From a virus: a DNA stretch of 64,000 bases. The stretch covers positions 96,001 to 160,000 of IMG/VR virus record IMGVR_UViG_3300005613_000006. The stretch is one strand, 5' to 3'. Shown here in pieces: positions 9,439 to 19,695 of the stretch; within the stretch, counting starts at the first letter, position 1; each line of letters starts with the position of its first letter. The notes under the pieces are model-generated. The model ran no database searches. It was not told the DNA's origin and saw nothing but the letters and a program-made list of their open reading frames with translations. A program made the position numbers and the translations under genes.

Positions 9439-11913
9439 CTACAAGCATTTGGACCATCCACAGGCAAGGCACTTTTTGCAGCCTTCCTCACGTATCAGGG
9501 GTTCCGCCCCACATGTTTCACATGGTTCTCCCACATCCTCAGTCCCGTCTGGTATGTACTTCTTGAGAGTACGGGCCATAGCTCTGGCAAAGCTATTCAT
9601 TTCTGTGTTCTCTCCTACTTTCTCCAACTGCTTCACAACAAAGTACATTTCTGCGCCATGTCGTAGTGCCGTGGAGGTCAATCGTGTAATCACTTCTTCC
9701 TGCGTGTTCATCATCGCCGTAATCGGTGAAAACTCCACGTCAGTACCTTCAAAAGAGACAGTATAGAAGTTCTTACGACGGCGTACAATAGTTCCACGTT
9801 TGACATTGCTGTTGATGTGTCCATTTCTGAGGGCAAATACCTCGTATGGGTCGCCCCCGTACAGCCCAACCAAGACGAGATAAGGCTCATGTTTGACTTT
9901 AACGTGATAGACTTCACAAGGGAGTTCCCGAGGGCGCTTCGGGGCCACTGTATGTATTATACCCCCTGATTTCGATTTGTCAAGCGACTTAATTACATTT
10001 TCTCTAGCCCCATCCCGATAGACAGTAATCCCCTTGCAACCAGCTTTCCACGCAGCGAGGTAGATGTTACCCACCTGGGTAGGGGTGGCGTTGGAGGGGA
10101 GATTGACAGTAGAGGAAATGGAATGGTCGATATGACGCTGCATCAGCGCTTGCATGGCGATGCGTTGTTTCCAGGGAACGTCATGCGCCTCATGTCCAGC
10201 CCACGGTGACTTGCTGAAATCTTTCTCGCCGGTCACGTCCCTCCATATACGAGCGGTCGGATGGATAGATTCAAACTCCATCCAATGGTCACCACTATCA
10301 TCTACAAAGTCTGTTCGGAAACCTTCGTCGCCAGGATTCCCCTTCTTTCTTCGCATGAATTGTATCGCCATAATCGGCTCACCCGCTGCGCTGCATCGAG
10401 CCTCAATCGCGCAGGAACCAGTGGGTGATTGGGTGAGGTTAGCAATGTTGCGTCGTCCGTAGCGCCCCATGCGGTTGTATATGGCCTCGCCTTTAATCAC
10501 ACGACCATCTTCAAGGTCAACTTCCTCTTCCTTAAAGCGGAGCAGGAATGGGTGGTCCTTTTCTTTGGCCCACTGCCACACAGGAAATGCCCCAAGGTCT
10601 TTTGCCATCTCTGTTGATGACCAGTATGAGGCGAACTTGAGTGTCCGATACGCTCGTTCTGTGAAGGTCAACGCCTCTCTACTATTGAAACCTATGCCCA
10701 GAGCGGCAAGCGTGTCGGCTAGACCTACTAAGCCCAAGCCTGTTCGTCGCCCATTGTAACACATGGCCTCAATGTGTTCCCAAAGTTCAAGTTCTGCTCG
10801 CTTGATATGGTCAGGCTCAGGGTCATCTTTGATTTTCTGAATAATGCGTCGGATGCACTCCAACTCCAAATCAATGATGTCGTCTAACAATCGTTGTGCC
10901 AAAATGGCATCGTCGTAGAATGCAGCCCAATCGAATCTCGCATTGTCTGTGAAAGGGTCAATAATGTAGGAGAGCAGACGCAGTATCAACAGCCGACAAG
11001 AATCGCCAGCCGGAAGCGGTAGTTCGCTACATGGGTTCGTTGCTACCGTTTTGAATTCATCCTCACAATAGCAGTCAGCGGGACTCTCTCGAATGACGGT
11101 ATCCCAAAACAAAAGCCCCGGCTCCGCGTGTGCATGTGCGTTATTGATAATGTCTTTCCAAACAACGCGGGCCGGGACTCTGTTCTTAATCACAGGTTGG
11201 TTGCCCTCGACGGGCCACTGTTGGGTGTAATCCTTGTTGTTGACGACCGCTTTCATAAATTGGTCCGTCAGACGAACAGATAGATTTGCTCCCGTAACCT
11301 GTGTTTTGTCTGTTTTGCAGCGAGCAAAGTCCACTACGTCGGGATGATTGACGTGTAGCGACAACATGAGTGCGCCACGTCTTCCATCCTGTCCGACCTC
11401 TCGTATGCTATGAGAGAATCGACCGGCGAAGCATACTGGACCTGTGCTGGTGCGCGAGGAGTTGCGAGTTGGAGCCGTATTGGGTCTCAACTCTGAAATA
11501 TCTGTGCCGCAGCCGCCTCTTCGCTTACTGATTTGCGTGATTTGCTGGTCAGTATAGTGGATGCCTCCGTAACTATCCAAAGGCGGGTCTATGGCGTAGC
11601 AATTCGATAGCGTGACGAACTGTTGAGTGTTTCCAATACCATACATACACCCGCCCTGTGGAATGATGCGCTTGAAGCCATCAAGTAAGTCGAAGATTTG
11701 GTCTTCGGTCAGGGCGTTATCACCATATTTCTTACGTTCGACGCGAGCAAATTCCTTTGCCATGCGTCGGTGCATATCGGTCGGTGTGAGTTCTAGGATT
11801 CGTTTCTTTTCGTCGCGTAGGGCATATTTGTCTACCCAAACTTGTGCCGCTAGGTCATTGCCGTCGAAGTATTTAATGGAGGCATCAAGAGCTTTTTTGT
11901 AGCTGTGAGCCAT
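9439..11913 (-). CDS. nrdJ: class II (B12-dependent) ribonucleotide reductase
   Basis: SNCY, GRRGALM, TNPCSEL, PTGS, KGITVYRDG, C-terminal Zn ribbon. Confidence 0.93.
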   Translation of the reverse strand: MAHSYKKALDASIKYFDGNDLAAQVWVDKYALRDEKKRILELTPTDMHRRMAKEFARVERKKYGDNALTEDQIFDLLDGFKRIIPQGGCMYGIGNTQQFVTLSNCYAIDPPLDSYGGIHYTDQQITQISKRRGGCGTDISELRPNTAPTRNSSRTSTGPVCFAGRFSHSIREVGQDGRRGALMLSLHVNHPDVVDFARCKTDKTQVTGANLSVRLTDQFMKAVVNNKDYTQQWPVEGNQPVIKNRVPARVVWKDIINNAHAHAEPGLLFWDTVIRESPADCYCEDEFKTVATNPCSELPLPAGDSCRLLILRLLSYIIDPFTDNARFDWAAFYDDAILAQRLLDDIIDLELECIRRIIQKIKDDPEPDHIKRAELELWEHIEAMCYNGRRTGLGLVGLADTLAALGIGFNSREALTFTERAYRTLKFASYWSSTEMAKDLGAFPVWQWAKEKDHPFLLRFKEEEVDLEDGRVIKGEAIYNRMGRYGRRNIANLTQSPTGSCAIEARCSAAGEPIMAIQFMRRKKGNPGDEGFRTDFVDDSGDHWMEFESIHPTARIWRDVTGEKDFSKSPWAGHEAHDVPWKQRIAMQALMQRHIDHSISSTVNLPSNATPTQVGNIYLAAWKAGCKGITVYRDGARENVIKSLDKSKSGGIIHTVAPKRPRELPCEVYHVKVKHEPYLVLVGLYGGDPYEVFALRNGHINSNVKRGTIVRRRKNFYTVSFEGTDVEFSPITAMMNTQEEVITRLTSTALRHGAEMYFVVKQLEKVGENTEMNSFARAMARTLKKYIPDGTEDVGEPCETCGAEPLIREEGCKKCLACGWSKCL

Positions 11914-12166
11914 CTGTCTTTTTCTTCCGTTGCAAAGTCTTTTTCTTCGTGTTGTTTTTCTTTCTGCGCCTTCGCAGCGGTGGCAATGAATTCTTGAAGA
12001 ACCAACCAGCTAGCGATGAAGGCTTGTGAGTTTTGTAGCGCTTCCTACGCCCTGTTGGGTTACCCGCGCCATCCCTTTCGCAAATGTCCAGTTCATACAT
12101 CGGGATGAAGATTTCCTCTTCTTCCGGTGCTTCTTGCTCAACGTCGAGTTTGAGTTCTTCGGTCAT
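11885..12166 (-). CDS. hypothetical protein
   Basis: ORF in operon. Confidence 0.55.
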   Translation of the reverse strand: MTEELKLDVEQEAPEEEEIFIPMYELDICERDGAGNPTGRRKRYKTHKPSSLAGWFFKNSLPPLRRRRKKNNTKKKTLQRKKKTDGSQLQKSS

Positions 12167-12690
12167 TTCCTGTGTTCCCGTATGGTTAGTTGGTGTGACA
12201 TAAGCCACGCAAGCACTTCAAAGTTCAGCTTGCGAGTCTCGTTCTCTGTCATTGATGCCTTATCTACGTCGTGTATGACTTCCACGATTCCCACTTGCCA
12301 CAACTTGCTCAGACATGGCACACATGGTTTGATGGTAACGTAAGCAATGCCACCTTCTGGGCGGTGTTCACAGTTGAGAATAGCATTCTCTTCGCCGTGA
12401 ATCATAAACGGATATTTCTCGTCGCGCATATTGGGCAACATCGAGTCATCAATAGCGCGGGGAAAACTGTTGTATCCGATACCCAAAATTTGATGGTTTG
12501 GATTGGTGATAACGCAGCCACACTGCGTTTGTGCGTCCATACTACGCTTCTTTACGACGTGTGCTATTTCCATCATCACGTCGTCCCAAGATGGGCGCTC
12601 AACTGGCTGAATCTTCCCCCCATCTTTCCATTTCTGGATGTGATTCAGCACTCTCAGACTTGGCTTCTGCAATAACTCTTTCCAATTCAT
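12163..12690 (-). CDS. dCMP deaminase
   Basis: GIGYN, HGEENAI, PCVPC. Confidence 0.92.
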   Translation of the reverse strand: MNWKELLQKPSLRVLNHIQKWKDGGKIQPVERPSWDDVMMEIAHVVKKRSMDAQTQCGCVITNPNHQILGIGYNSFPRAIDDSMLPNMRDEKYPFMIHGEENAILNCEHRPEGGIAYVTIKPCVPCLSKLWQVGIVEVIHDVDKASMTENETRKLNFEVLAWLMSHQLTIREHRK

Positions 12691-12874
12691 CTGTTTCCTT
12701 CCTTACGTTCTTTTCCACGCATCTGCAAAATACCACCTTGTCTCCTGTGACTGGGTGATTGAAGGTTTGATAACCTTTGCCATAGCAGTGCTTGCAATTT
12801 TCCTTGGCATAAAAAACAATCAGTTGAGGGTCATTACGTAAGTCCCTCAACCGATTTGCGTACTCTTTGCTCAT
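12599..12874 (-). CDS. small Zn-finger protein
   Basis: CKHCYGKG...CRC. Confidence 0.55.
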   Translation of the reverse strand: MSKEYANRLRDLRNDPQLIVFYAKENCKHCYGKGYQTFNHPVTGDKVVFCRCVEKNVRKETDELERVIAEAKSESAESHPEMERWGEDSAS

Positions 12875-12899
12875 TTTCTCGTCCTCTTTCTTATCCAGA

Positions 12900-13298
12900 C
12901 TACTCTTCTTCGTCGTCGTCCAGTCCCTCAATCTCAATCTCTGGATGCTCCGCTGCCTCTTCCAGAGAGTCGATAACTTCATCCACCCTGCGCTGTTGCA
13001 GGTTGGTTTCAATGGCCTCGTCGGTCTCTGGAGCCTCCGCTATTTCTGGCTCTTGCTGTTCATCGTCGTCGTCGTCAAACACAAGGGGATTCTTGTGGAG
13101 TTCAAGCAAGTCTCTTTGGACGCCCTTCACCACACGCTTGTCTTTGAAGTACAGATTGGCATATCCATCGGCACATATCCCTACTTTGTCTACCCGATGT
13201 AGTTCTCCAAAGCCGAAAAACTGGTTGCGAACTATGCCGTCTGGACAGTCTACGTCCAGATACATATTCGCCATGAATCTTACTCTTCCATTGCTCAT
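12900..13298 (-). CDS. hypothetical protein with acidic tail
   Basis: ORF. Confidence 0.6.
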   Translation of the reverse strand: MSNGRVRFMANMYLDVDCPDGIVRNQFFGFGELHRVDKVGICADGYANLYFKDKRVVKGVQRDLLELHKNPLVFDDDDDEQQEPEIAEAPETDEAIETNLQQRRVDEVIDSLEEAAEHPEIEIEGLDDDEEE

Positions 13299-13588
13299 TT
13301 TGGTCTCCCTTTACCGCAGCCTCCACAGCCAGCTTTTGCTGGGGGAGCGCCCGGCGGTTGCATAGTTTCTACGAGGTCTTTACTTAGATTGTGAACAACC
13401 CCGCGTATATGTCCTACGTTGTCGGGGAATTCAATGTCAACGGTTGTTGCTGATGGGGTGATGGCTTTGACAGGATAGCTTTGGCCGAATTCAATATGAT
13501 ATTGATTCTCGCGAGTGCGCATCTTGCCCTTGTCTAGGTATGTCTCAATGGTAAACAGGACAAACTGTTGAACAAACCGAACATTCAT
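13295..13588 (-). CDS. hypothetical protein
   Basis: ORF; ATGA coupling. Confidence 0.6.
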   Translation of the reverse strand: MNVRFVQQFVLFTIETYLDKGKMRTRENQYHIEFGQSYPVKAITPSATTVDIEFPDNVGHIRGVVHNLSKDLVETMQPPGAPPAKAGCGGCGKGRPK

Positions 13589-14250
13589 TGTCGAACCGCC
13601 AAGTAGTTGTTGGTGTGCCTGTGTTTGGTATAGTCTGTCAACGGTGGACCAAACTTGCCTCCCTTATGCATCATACCAAGTTCAAAGCCATGCTCCTCAA
13701 GCAACTGTTGAATCATTTCCCATGTGTATCCGCTGTCCTCTGAGGTATATCCGTACTCAAACTGAATCACGTCGATGTTGCGTTTGAGAAGCTGAAAGGT
13801 AGCCCCCTGCATTACTGGGTATTCATATCCCTCTACATCAATCTTCAAGAAATGTATGTGGTTAATGTTGTTGTTAATGCAGTAGGCGTCAATAGTAGTC
13901 ATTGGAACTTCGACTGTTCCATTCTTGACTATTTTGGGGGCGGTCTTCTGTCGTGGATTGAGGCAGCTTGTGCCAAAGAAACGCTTCTTAGTTCCCAGGA
14001 TATACAAGGTGCGCTTTCCTGGTACGTCTAAGACACCCACGTTGTTGGTGGTAACATTGACCTTTGCAGCGAACGTCTTCTCCAACTGTGGATAGGTGTG
14101 AGGAGAAGGCTCGAACGCATGTACGGTCACCGCTGGAAAATTTTGTGTGACCTTAGCCGACCATTCACCGATACAAGCCCCGACATCAAACACAGTTTGA
14201 CCGGGGCGAATGTACTTCTCAATGGCCATGACTTCAAACGGGTCGTTCAT
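13585..14250 (-). CDS. FkbM-family methyltransferase
   Basis: FDVGACIG, AFEP, LKIDVEGYE. Confidence 0.9.
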   Translation of the reverse strand: MNDPFEVMAIEKYIRPGQTVFDVGACIGEWSAKVTQNFPAVTVHAFEPSPHTYPQLEKTFAAKVNVTTNNVGVLDVPGKRTLYILGTKKRFFGTSCLNPRQKTAPKIVKNGTVEVPMTTIDAYCINNNINHIHFLKIDVEGYEYPVMQGATFQLLKRNIDVIQFEYGYTSEDSGYTWEMIQQLLEEHGFELGMMHKGGKFGPPLTDYTKHRHTNNYLAVRQ

Positions 14251-14264
14251 CACAACTCCCTCAG

Positions 14265-14346
14265 TAGCCGCCGCGAGAGTCGAACTCGCACGCCTCGAAG
14301 GCACCACTTTTTGAGAGTGGCGTGTATACCATTTCACCAGACGGCC
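14265..14346 (-). tRNA. tRNA-Leu(CAA)
   Basis: Cloverleaf, long variable arm. Confidence 0.9.
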
Positions 14347-14405
14347 ATGTTTGGTGTATAATAAAGGTAGACAAGTTCATTGAACCACACCAAGGAGTCT
14401 ACCCC

Positions 14406-14918
14406 ATGTCTCGCAAACGAAATTGGACTGACCAACAACTACGCCAAGCGGTTGGTGTATCACATTCTGTTGCACAAGTTCTATCTGCTTTGGGCTTACA
14501 AGCCAACGGCGGAAACTACAAGTCGTTCTATCATCATTGTAATAGACTGGGCCTTGACTATAATCACTTTACAGGACAAGGACATTTGAAGGGCCGAACT
14601 CACCATTGGAAACCTCGCATTCCGTTACAGGAGGTTATGGTTGCCGACTCTTCATATCGCAATTTAACCAGTCTCAAAAAACGAATAGTTGAAAGCGGTT
14701 TGATAGATTACGTGTGTTCTGAATGTGGACAGGAACCGATATGGAATAACAAGCCTCTGGTGTTAATACTAGACCACATCAATGGCATCAACAACGACCA
14801 TCGACTTGAAAACCTGCGATTTCTATGTCCAAATTGTAATGCTCAACAACCAACTTTTGCTGGTCGCAACAAAGGCAAAGCATCCCCACGGGGAATCGAA
14901 CCCCGGTCACTAGTCTGA
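14406..14918 (+). CDS. HNH endonuclease
   Basis: LDHINGINNDHRLENLRFLCPNC; GGTGTATAAT upstream. Confidence 0.9.
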   Translation: MSRKRNWTDQQLRQAVGVSHSVAQVLSALGLQANGGNYKSFYHHCNRLGLDYNHFTGQGHLKGRTHHWKPRIPLQEVMVADSSYRNLTSLKKRIVESGLIDYVCSECGQEPIWNNKPLVLILDHINGINNDHRLENLRFLCPNCNAQQPTFAGRNKGKASPRGIEPRSLV

Positions 14919-14952
14919 GAAACTAGTATCCTAGCCGCTAGAAGATGGGGAC
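14881..14952 (-). tRNA. tRNA-Glu(CTC)
   Basis: Cloverleaf. Confidence 0.9.
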
Positions 14953-15085
14953 GTAAAAAAAGCGGCAGTATGCTTCAACCATGTGGGAAGCGCGCGAACT
15001 AACCAACTGCCGCTTTACGGTGCTTTTCGGTTCACTCGCCTAAACGAGCCGGAAAAGCCACTGTCAAAACTGGTTAGTCCCAGAG

Positions 15086-15155
15086 TAGCGATGGAGGAAA
15101 TCGAATCCTCTTGGTGTCCGTATGAAAGACACTGAGTTACCAAACACACATCGCT
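15086..15155 (-). tRNA. tRNA-Met/Ile2(CAT), atypical D arm
   Basis: TGTCT-TTCATAC-GGACA anticodon arm; T arm present. Confidence 0.7.
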
Positions 15156-15156
15156 A

Positions 15157-15231
15157 TGGTCGCGCGACAGGTTTCGACGCTGTATCGCCGGTCTAATCAG
15201 GACCAGAGTGTTGCCATTACACCACGCGCGC
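15157..15231 (-). tRNA. atypical tRNA (GAT loop, 6-bp anticodon stem, encoded CCA)
   Basis: GCGCGCG acceptor, D arm, degenerate T arm. Confidence 0.5.
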
Positions 15232-15457
15232 TTTTACAACACCGTCTTTAATCAGACGTTGCATATGAACGCTATTGCCTTTTGGGTAATCACAAGCAAT
15301 ACAACGATACCTCATGCCTCCACGTAGGGCTGGATGAAAATATCGGCATTGTGGTGGATGGCCACAAGGTAATAGTTTATCGTTCATAGAGTCCTCCATA
15401 CGGAATCGAACTGTTTATACCTTTTTGGTGTATAATAAAATACGGCTCGATTCAAAG

Positions 15458-15525
15458 AGCCTCACCGGGGAATCGAACCCCGTTATCTCGGGTACAAACC
15501 GAAACTTAGACCCATCTAGCAAGGC
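15458..15525 (-). tRNA. tRNA-Thr(TGT)
   Basis: Cloverleaf, short D arm. Confidence 0.8.
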
Positions 15526-15531
15526 AAAGTT

Positions 15532-16029
15532 ATGTATCAATGTTTACACTGCGGCAAAGACACCAACAATCCTAAGTTTTGTTCAAGGTCATGTTCTGTT
15601 TCTTACAATAACAAAACCACAAAGCGAAAACATTCCCAACAACAATGTCCTAATTGTTCAAAATCAATTGAAAGCAGGGCCACCTATTGTTCTATGCAAT
15701 GTTGTCACGAACATAAGCGCAAATTGCGTTTTCGAGAGATAGAAAAAGTTCAAGCAGTTAATGTGCGAGACCCAAGACGTTGGGCCAAACTTTATCTATT
15801 CCACATTTATGGAGACAGATGCCAAATTTGCGGCATTGAAACTTGGCAAAGCAAACCAATCATTAAAATCTTAGACCATATTGATGGCAATGCTGACAAC
15901 TGGAAGCTGTCTAATCTTCGTTTGGTCTGCTCAAACTGTGACTCGCAACTGCCAACTTATAAGTCCAAAAATAGAGGCAACGGAAGACATCTCAGGCGTC
16001 AACGCTATGCCGAAGGCCAAAGTTACTAA
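15532..16029 (+). CDS. HNH endonuclease
   Basis: KFCSRSC, LDHIDGN...NLRLVCSNC. Confidence 0.9.
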   Translation: MYQCLHCGKDTNNPKFCSRSCSVSYNNKTTKRKHSQQQCPNCSKSIESRATYCSMQCCHEHKRKLRFREIEKVQAVNVRDPRRWAKLYLFHIYGDRCQICGIETWQSKPIIKILDHIDGNADNWKLSNLRLVCSNCDSQLPTYKSKNRGNGRHLRRQRYAEGQSY

Positions 16030-16125
16030 AGCAAAACAAATACGGGATGCAAAATCTCCGAGAACGCATTCGCGGAGGGCCGCGTCCGTACCTCTATTAT
16101 ACACCGAAAATCGGTCTCGTCAACC

Positions 16126-16794
16126 TCACCAGTCACATTTTAACGTGAAAAGATAATTCAACAGGTGAGACTTGGCGAGGTCGCCGGGCTCCATCCGGTT
16201 GTCAGAACGGTTCGGCATGAGGTCGTAGCCGCAGCCCAGGTTAAACGAAGCTGCCACGGCGGTCGAACACACCGGGTACACGTCGTTTATTTCCTTGGGC
16301 CTGTCGTCAATCGCCTCGTCGGTCACATACCACAGTCGAGCCCCCAAAAGGTGGTGCTTTGCTAACCACCACAAGCGGGACCAACCGTAGGGAAGGCCAG
16401 TCATTTTTCTCATGCAGTTGGTGACAGCCTTGGGGTTCAAGTGCATCGGCAGTTTGACTACCGAGTATGAATCCTCCAGGTGTACCAGCTTCAACACGTT
16501 GGTAGACGGCAAAGGACGATAAATGTCAATCTGTTCATCGTACTTCTCAACCTGTCTACTAAGGTTGCTGATGCGGCCTCCGCAACTTCCCTCACGAAAT
16601 TCAATACACTCCAAAATGGGGGGTTCGTCGCTGCCGTTGTGCCACGATGCCATAGCGGCATGGCTGTAACGGCTTCCACTGAATCGTTGGATGAGGCCCG
16701 AAATTATTCCCGTTCCTCGAAAAATCATCACGTCGGCTTCTTGAATTAAGTCGCGACCGATTGTCTTGTATGGAAGCATAACAGGTTCTATCAT
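16126..16794 (-). CDS. permuted papain-like (YiiX/YebB-type) hydrolase
   Basis: YSHAAM ... PVCSTAVA. Confidence 0.7.
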   Translation of the reverse strand: MIEPVMLPYKTIGRDLIQEADVMIFRGTGIISGLIQRFSGSRYSHAAMASWHNGSDEPPILECIEFREGSCGGRISNLSRQVEKYDEQIDIYRPLPSTNVLKLVHLEDSYSVVKLPMHLNPKAVTNCMRKMTGLPYGWSRLWWLAKHHLLGARLWYVTDEAIDDRPKEINDVYPVCSTAVAASFNLGCGYDLMPNRSDNRMEPGDLAKSHLLNYLFTLKCDW

Positions 16795-16796
16795 AG

Positions 16797-17147
16797 CTAA
16801 GCCTCCCCATGATGTCTGCGGTCAATTCTATCCATAGTGTTACCCATGCGCTCCATCGTTTCAGCCAACTTTTCTTGAGTGTGCGAAATTGATTGCACAG
16901 CCTCCAAGATTTCTTTCTGGGTTGATACCCATGAACGTGGCACATACCAAATGGGTGTACCGTCAGCGTCGTATTTGTTGTGCATTTCGTGCATCTTTAC
17001 ACACAATAGTTCTATGTTCTGGAGCTTAACCTTTTCGGCCATAGTTTCAGGATTGGCTTTCTTCAAGATGAACTCTATGAGCCACTTGATAATTTCTACC
17101 AATCCCAACACGACAGCCACTACGGCCCCGATTTCAAAAATGCCCAT
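16797..17147 (-). CDS. membrane protein with coiled coil (holin-like)
   Basis: N-terminal TM helix. Confidence 0.5.
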   Translation of the reverse strand: MGIFEIGAVVAVVLGLVEIIKWLIEFILKKANPETMAEKVKLQNIELLCVKMHEMHNKYDADGTPIWYVPRSWVSTQKEILEAVQSISHTQEKLAETMERMGNTMDRIDRRHHGEA

Positions 17148-17231
17148 AGTTTCCCTCTTAGTGAAAAAGGGGTCGGCCACCGGCTAAACCGATAACGCGA
17201 CCCCAGATTGTACAATTCGTACCGCGAACGC

Positions 17232-17783
17232 TTAGCCAGTCTTCGCTTCGTACTCAAGAGATTCAGGCAACTTACCTGTCCAGAGTTCTACGAGTTGACC
17301 AGGAACCGCTCTTGTTGGAATGACTGGACCAGCCGCGTTGTCGTCACCAAATTGGTCTTCCGTTTCCTTTGGTACGTCATAGGTTGGTACGCCAGTGGCA
17401 TAGTCCCACGAAAGGATATGCACAGTCCAACGGCTGTTAAGGAAGTGGATGCTTTGACGTTGGCCAAAGTCGCTGCCGCCGCTCTTGAGAACGCGCGTTG
17501 CAACTCCACCCGCGAGGGTCTCAGCCACTCTACGAATCATCCATTCTTCTGGATTCATACGTGCCCAGATGCCAGCAGTGATAACCTTCTGGTTGCCGAG
17601 TACAGCACTCTCAACTGGACGGGGTTGCTCTCTGCGGCCAGCGCCTAGAATCTGAGCGCCGGGGGCGTTGGTAACGGCATTGGCTGGTTGCCCAATAGAT
17701 GGGGTAGTGTTTACGTTGCCGCCACCCAAAACGGTTCCACCATTGTTTCGTGGACCACCGCTTGTAACTGGTTGTGTAGACAT
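17232..17783 (-). CDS. hypothetical protein, possibly virion
   Basis: G/N/T-rich ORF downstream of GGTGTATAAT. Confidence 0.6.
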   Translation of the reverse strand: MSTQPVTSGGPRNNGGTVLGGGNVNTTPSIGQPANAVTNAPGAQILGAGRREQPRPVESAVLGNQKVITAGIWARMNPEEWMIRRVAETLAGGVATRVLKSGGSDFGQRQSIHFLNSRWTVHILSWDYATGVPTYDVPKETEDQFGDDNAAGPVIPTRAVPGQLVELWTGKLPESLEYEAKTG

Positions 17784-17861
17784 TGCTTTTTCTTTCTTAA
17801 TGGCTACAAAACGAGTTCCTTTATTGTTCCTACCACTTTTATCCTAAGTCCTTCTACAGTA

Positions 17862-18377
17862 TTATACACCAACATCCACTTCTCGTAGCTCTTTCAGGGC
17901 TTTATTTATGATATATTGGATGCCCGGTGCGGTATAGCCGTACATGTCAGCTATTTCCTGCAAAGTGTGGTTGGATATGTAGCGGTCTCGCAGTATTTGG
18001 CGAGGCATTTCATCCAGGTATTCCAGCAGTTCTTCCACCAATATGGCATTCTGAACCGCAGAATCGTCAGCGGGTATGTCGCCACGTAAAGGCCCTGCTT
18101 GAATACGGTCGCCGTACTTAGCTCGCGCGGCGTTGTTGCATTCCCATTTGACAAATTTGAACAGAGAGGTAGTGAATTTTCGTTTGAAGCTGGGATTATG
18201 TGATTGAAGGGCTCGCCATAAGGCGTCTAGCCCGCATTGCTTGAGTTCATCGGAGGATAGGCTTGCCATATAATTGGTACATGCCGCGTGAATAATCTTC
18301 TGGTTATCTATGTTGTCTAGCGCTTCTTGAAACTCCTCATCTGTTATATGTCTCTTTCTACTCTTCCTCTTCTTCAT
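17862..18377 (-). CDS. sigma-70-like RNA polymerase sigma factor
   Basis: Region 2-like (LWRAL...KFTTSL) and region 4 HTH (TLQEIADMYG). Confidence 0.8.
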   Translation of the reverse strand: MKKRKSRKRHITDEEFQEALDNIDNQKIIHAACTNYMASLSSDELKQCGLDALWRALQSHNPSFKRKFTTSLFKFVKWECNNAARAKYGDRIQAGPLRGDIPADDSAVQNAILVEELLEYLDEMPRQILRDRYISNHTLQEIADMYGYTAPGIQYIINKALKELREVDVGV

Positions 18378-19059
18378 AGTCTACCTTTAACATCTTGATA
18401 GTCTCGAACCCCTCATCGCCAAGCACGGCGTCCATGAGGCCCCATTCGACCGCCTCCCGCGCGGTCAAGTACACGTCGTCTTTGTATGCAATCTGCTTCT
18501 CAATCTCAGCCCGTATTTTCTCCTCAGTCCAGTTTTGAAACTTCTTGCCAGCCTTACACTTCTCCACGTATATGTCTATCATACGTGGATTCGCTACGTT
18601 CTTGTAGAAGTCCACCCCACTGAACACAGTCTTGACATTACCACTATCTCCATACTCACCATCGTGCATCATAAAATAGGAAGTGGGCATAATAACCCGG
18701 TACTTCGCCGCTTGGGGAATGATGCTCGACATAGAGCGGGCGTGGGCGTAAGACAAGGTGGACACGTTGGCCAGCTTCGGGTCGGCATTGCTATGCTCGA
18801 TGGCGTCGTAGATGCCCATTGCATAGTCCCAAGAGCCACCACAAGTGATAAGGTGGACTAGGATGGGTTCTTTGCTGATGCTGTTGAGTATTTGTAGGTT
18901 GATAAGAAACTGTCGCGTGGTGTCCCAGTCAATCATCAGCGTTTCTTCGCTAGGCGAAATGAAGATTTCTCTCGTATCCAATATGAAGCCAAAGTTGTGG
19001 GCATCATAAATCATTTCAGAGCGTTGACTTATTGTGCGACGTTTTACAGTAGCGGGCAT
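18358..19059 (-). CDS. clpP: ClpP-family protease
   Basis: TCGGS, ARSMSS, FMMHDG, YLTAREAVEWGLMD. Confidence 0.88.
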   Translation of the reverse strand: MPATVKRRTISQRSEMIYDAHNFGFILDTREIFISPSEETLMIDWDTTRQFLINLQILNSISKEPILVHLITCGGSWDYAMGIYDAIEHSNADPKLANVSTLSYAHARSMSSIIPQAAKYRVIMPTSYFMMHDGEYGDSGNVKTVFSGVDFYKNVANPRMIDIYVEKCKAGKKFQNWTEEKIRAEIEKQIAYKDDVYLTAREAVEWGLMDAVLGDEGFETIKMLKVDYEEEEE

Positions 19060-19622
19060 TATTCATTACCTCTTGGTATCGAATGTTGTTTTAACCTCTC
19101 TATCCATTGTAAAAAATCTTTATATGATTGTTTTCTTTTGGCAAAATTACATTGATGACAACACGGAACACAATTATCAATTTGATAGCCCAACGCATTA
19201 TCTTTTCTATCAATGCCATTAACAATGATATTTCCATTCAATTTACCATTATTAGAACCTTTGGGAAAAATTGTTTGGGGTTGAATACCACAATAATGAC
19301 AACAAGATTGAGTCAGACGCTTAAATTCTGACAGAGATAACTGAAATGATAAATGTCTATTTTGTGCCCCTCGTTGATAAGCATTGTAATACGCATTATA
19401 TGCTGCAACTCCAACATCTTTGAGATTAGCTTCTCTCGCTCTATCTCTTTGTAAACAACCACAGCTTTGAGTATTGTTTCGTGTTAAAGAAGTGCCACGT
19501 ACAATAACTTTATTTCCACAGTCGCATCGACATTTCCACATTGCATTTCTTTTTTGAACACCTATATATTCAATCACAATTAAGCGACCAAAAGTTTGTC
19601 CAAGTAAATTTTTTACAGACAT
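19059..19622 (-). CDS. HNH-type homing endonuclease
   Basis: FGRLIV, WKCRCDCG, SCGC, GIDRKDN...CVPCCHQCN. Confidence 0.88.
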   Translation of the reverse strand: MSVKNLLGQTFGRLIVIEYIGVQKRNAMWKCRCDCGNKVIVRGTSLTRNNTQSCGCLQRDRAREANLKDVGVAAYNAYYNAYQRGAQNRHLSFQLSLSEFKRLTQSCCHYCGIQPQTIFPKGSNNGKLNGNIIVNGIDRKDNALGYQIDNCVPCCHQCNFAKRKQSYKDFLQWIERLKQHSIPRGNE

Positions 19623-19695
19623 ATTACAACCTCTTGTTTGAATTAGATTGCATCATATATTATATTATACACCAAAAGAAGATTTATGATGCACC

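Noticed and set aside
9439-11913. Intein or intron in nrdJ
   Set aside because: The ORF is continuous and of normal length, with no splicing motifs.
13585-14337. N-terminal extensions of ORFs into tRNA genes (also 44630-45514, 22406-23056, 54374-54817)
   Set aside because: The extensions overlap RNA genes, and downstream ATGs have SD sequences.
15086-15155. Opal/Sec tRNA (TCA)
   Set aside because: Stem register places CAT, not TCA, at positions 34-36. The tRNA at 46083 likewise reads CAA.
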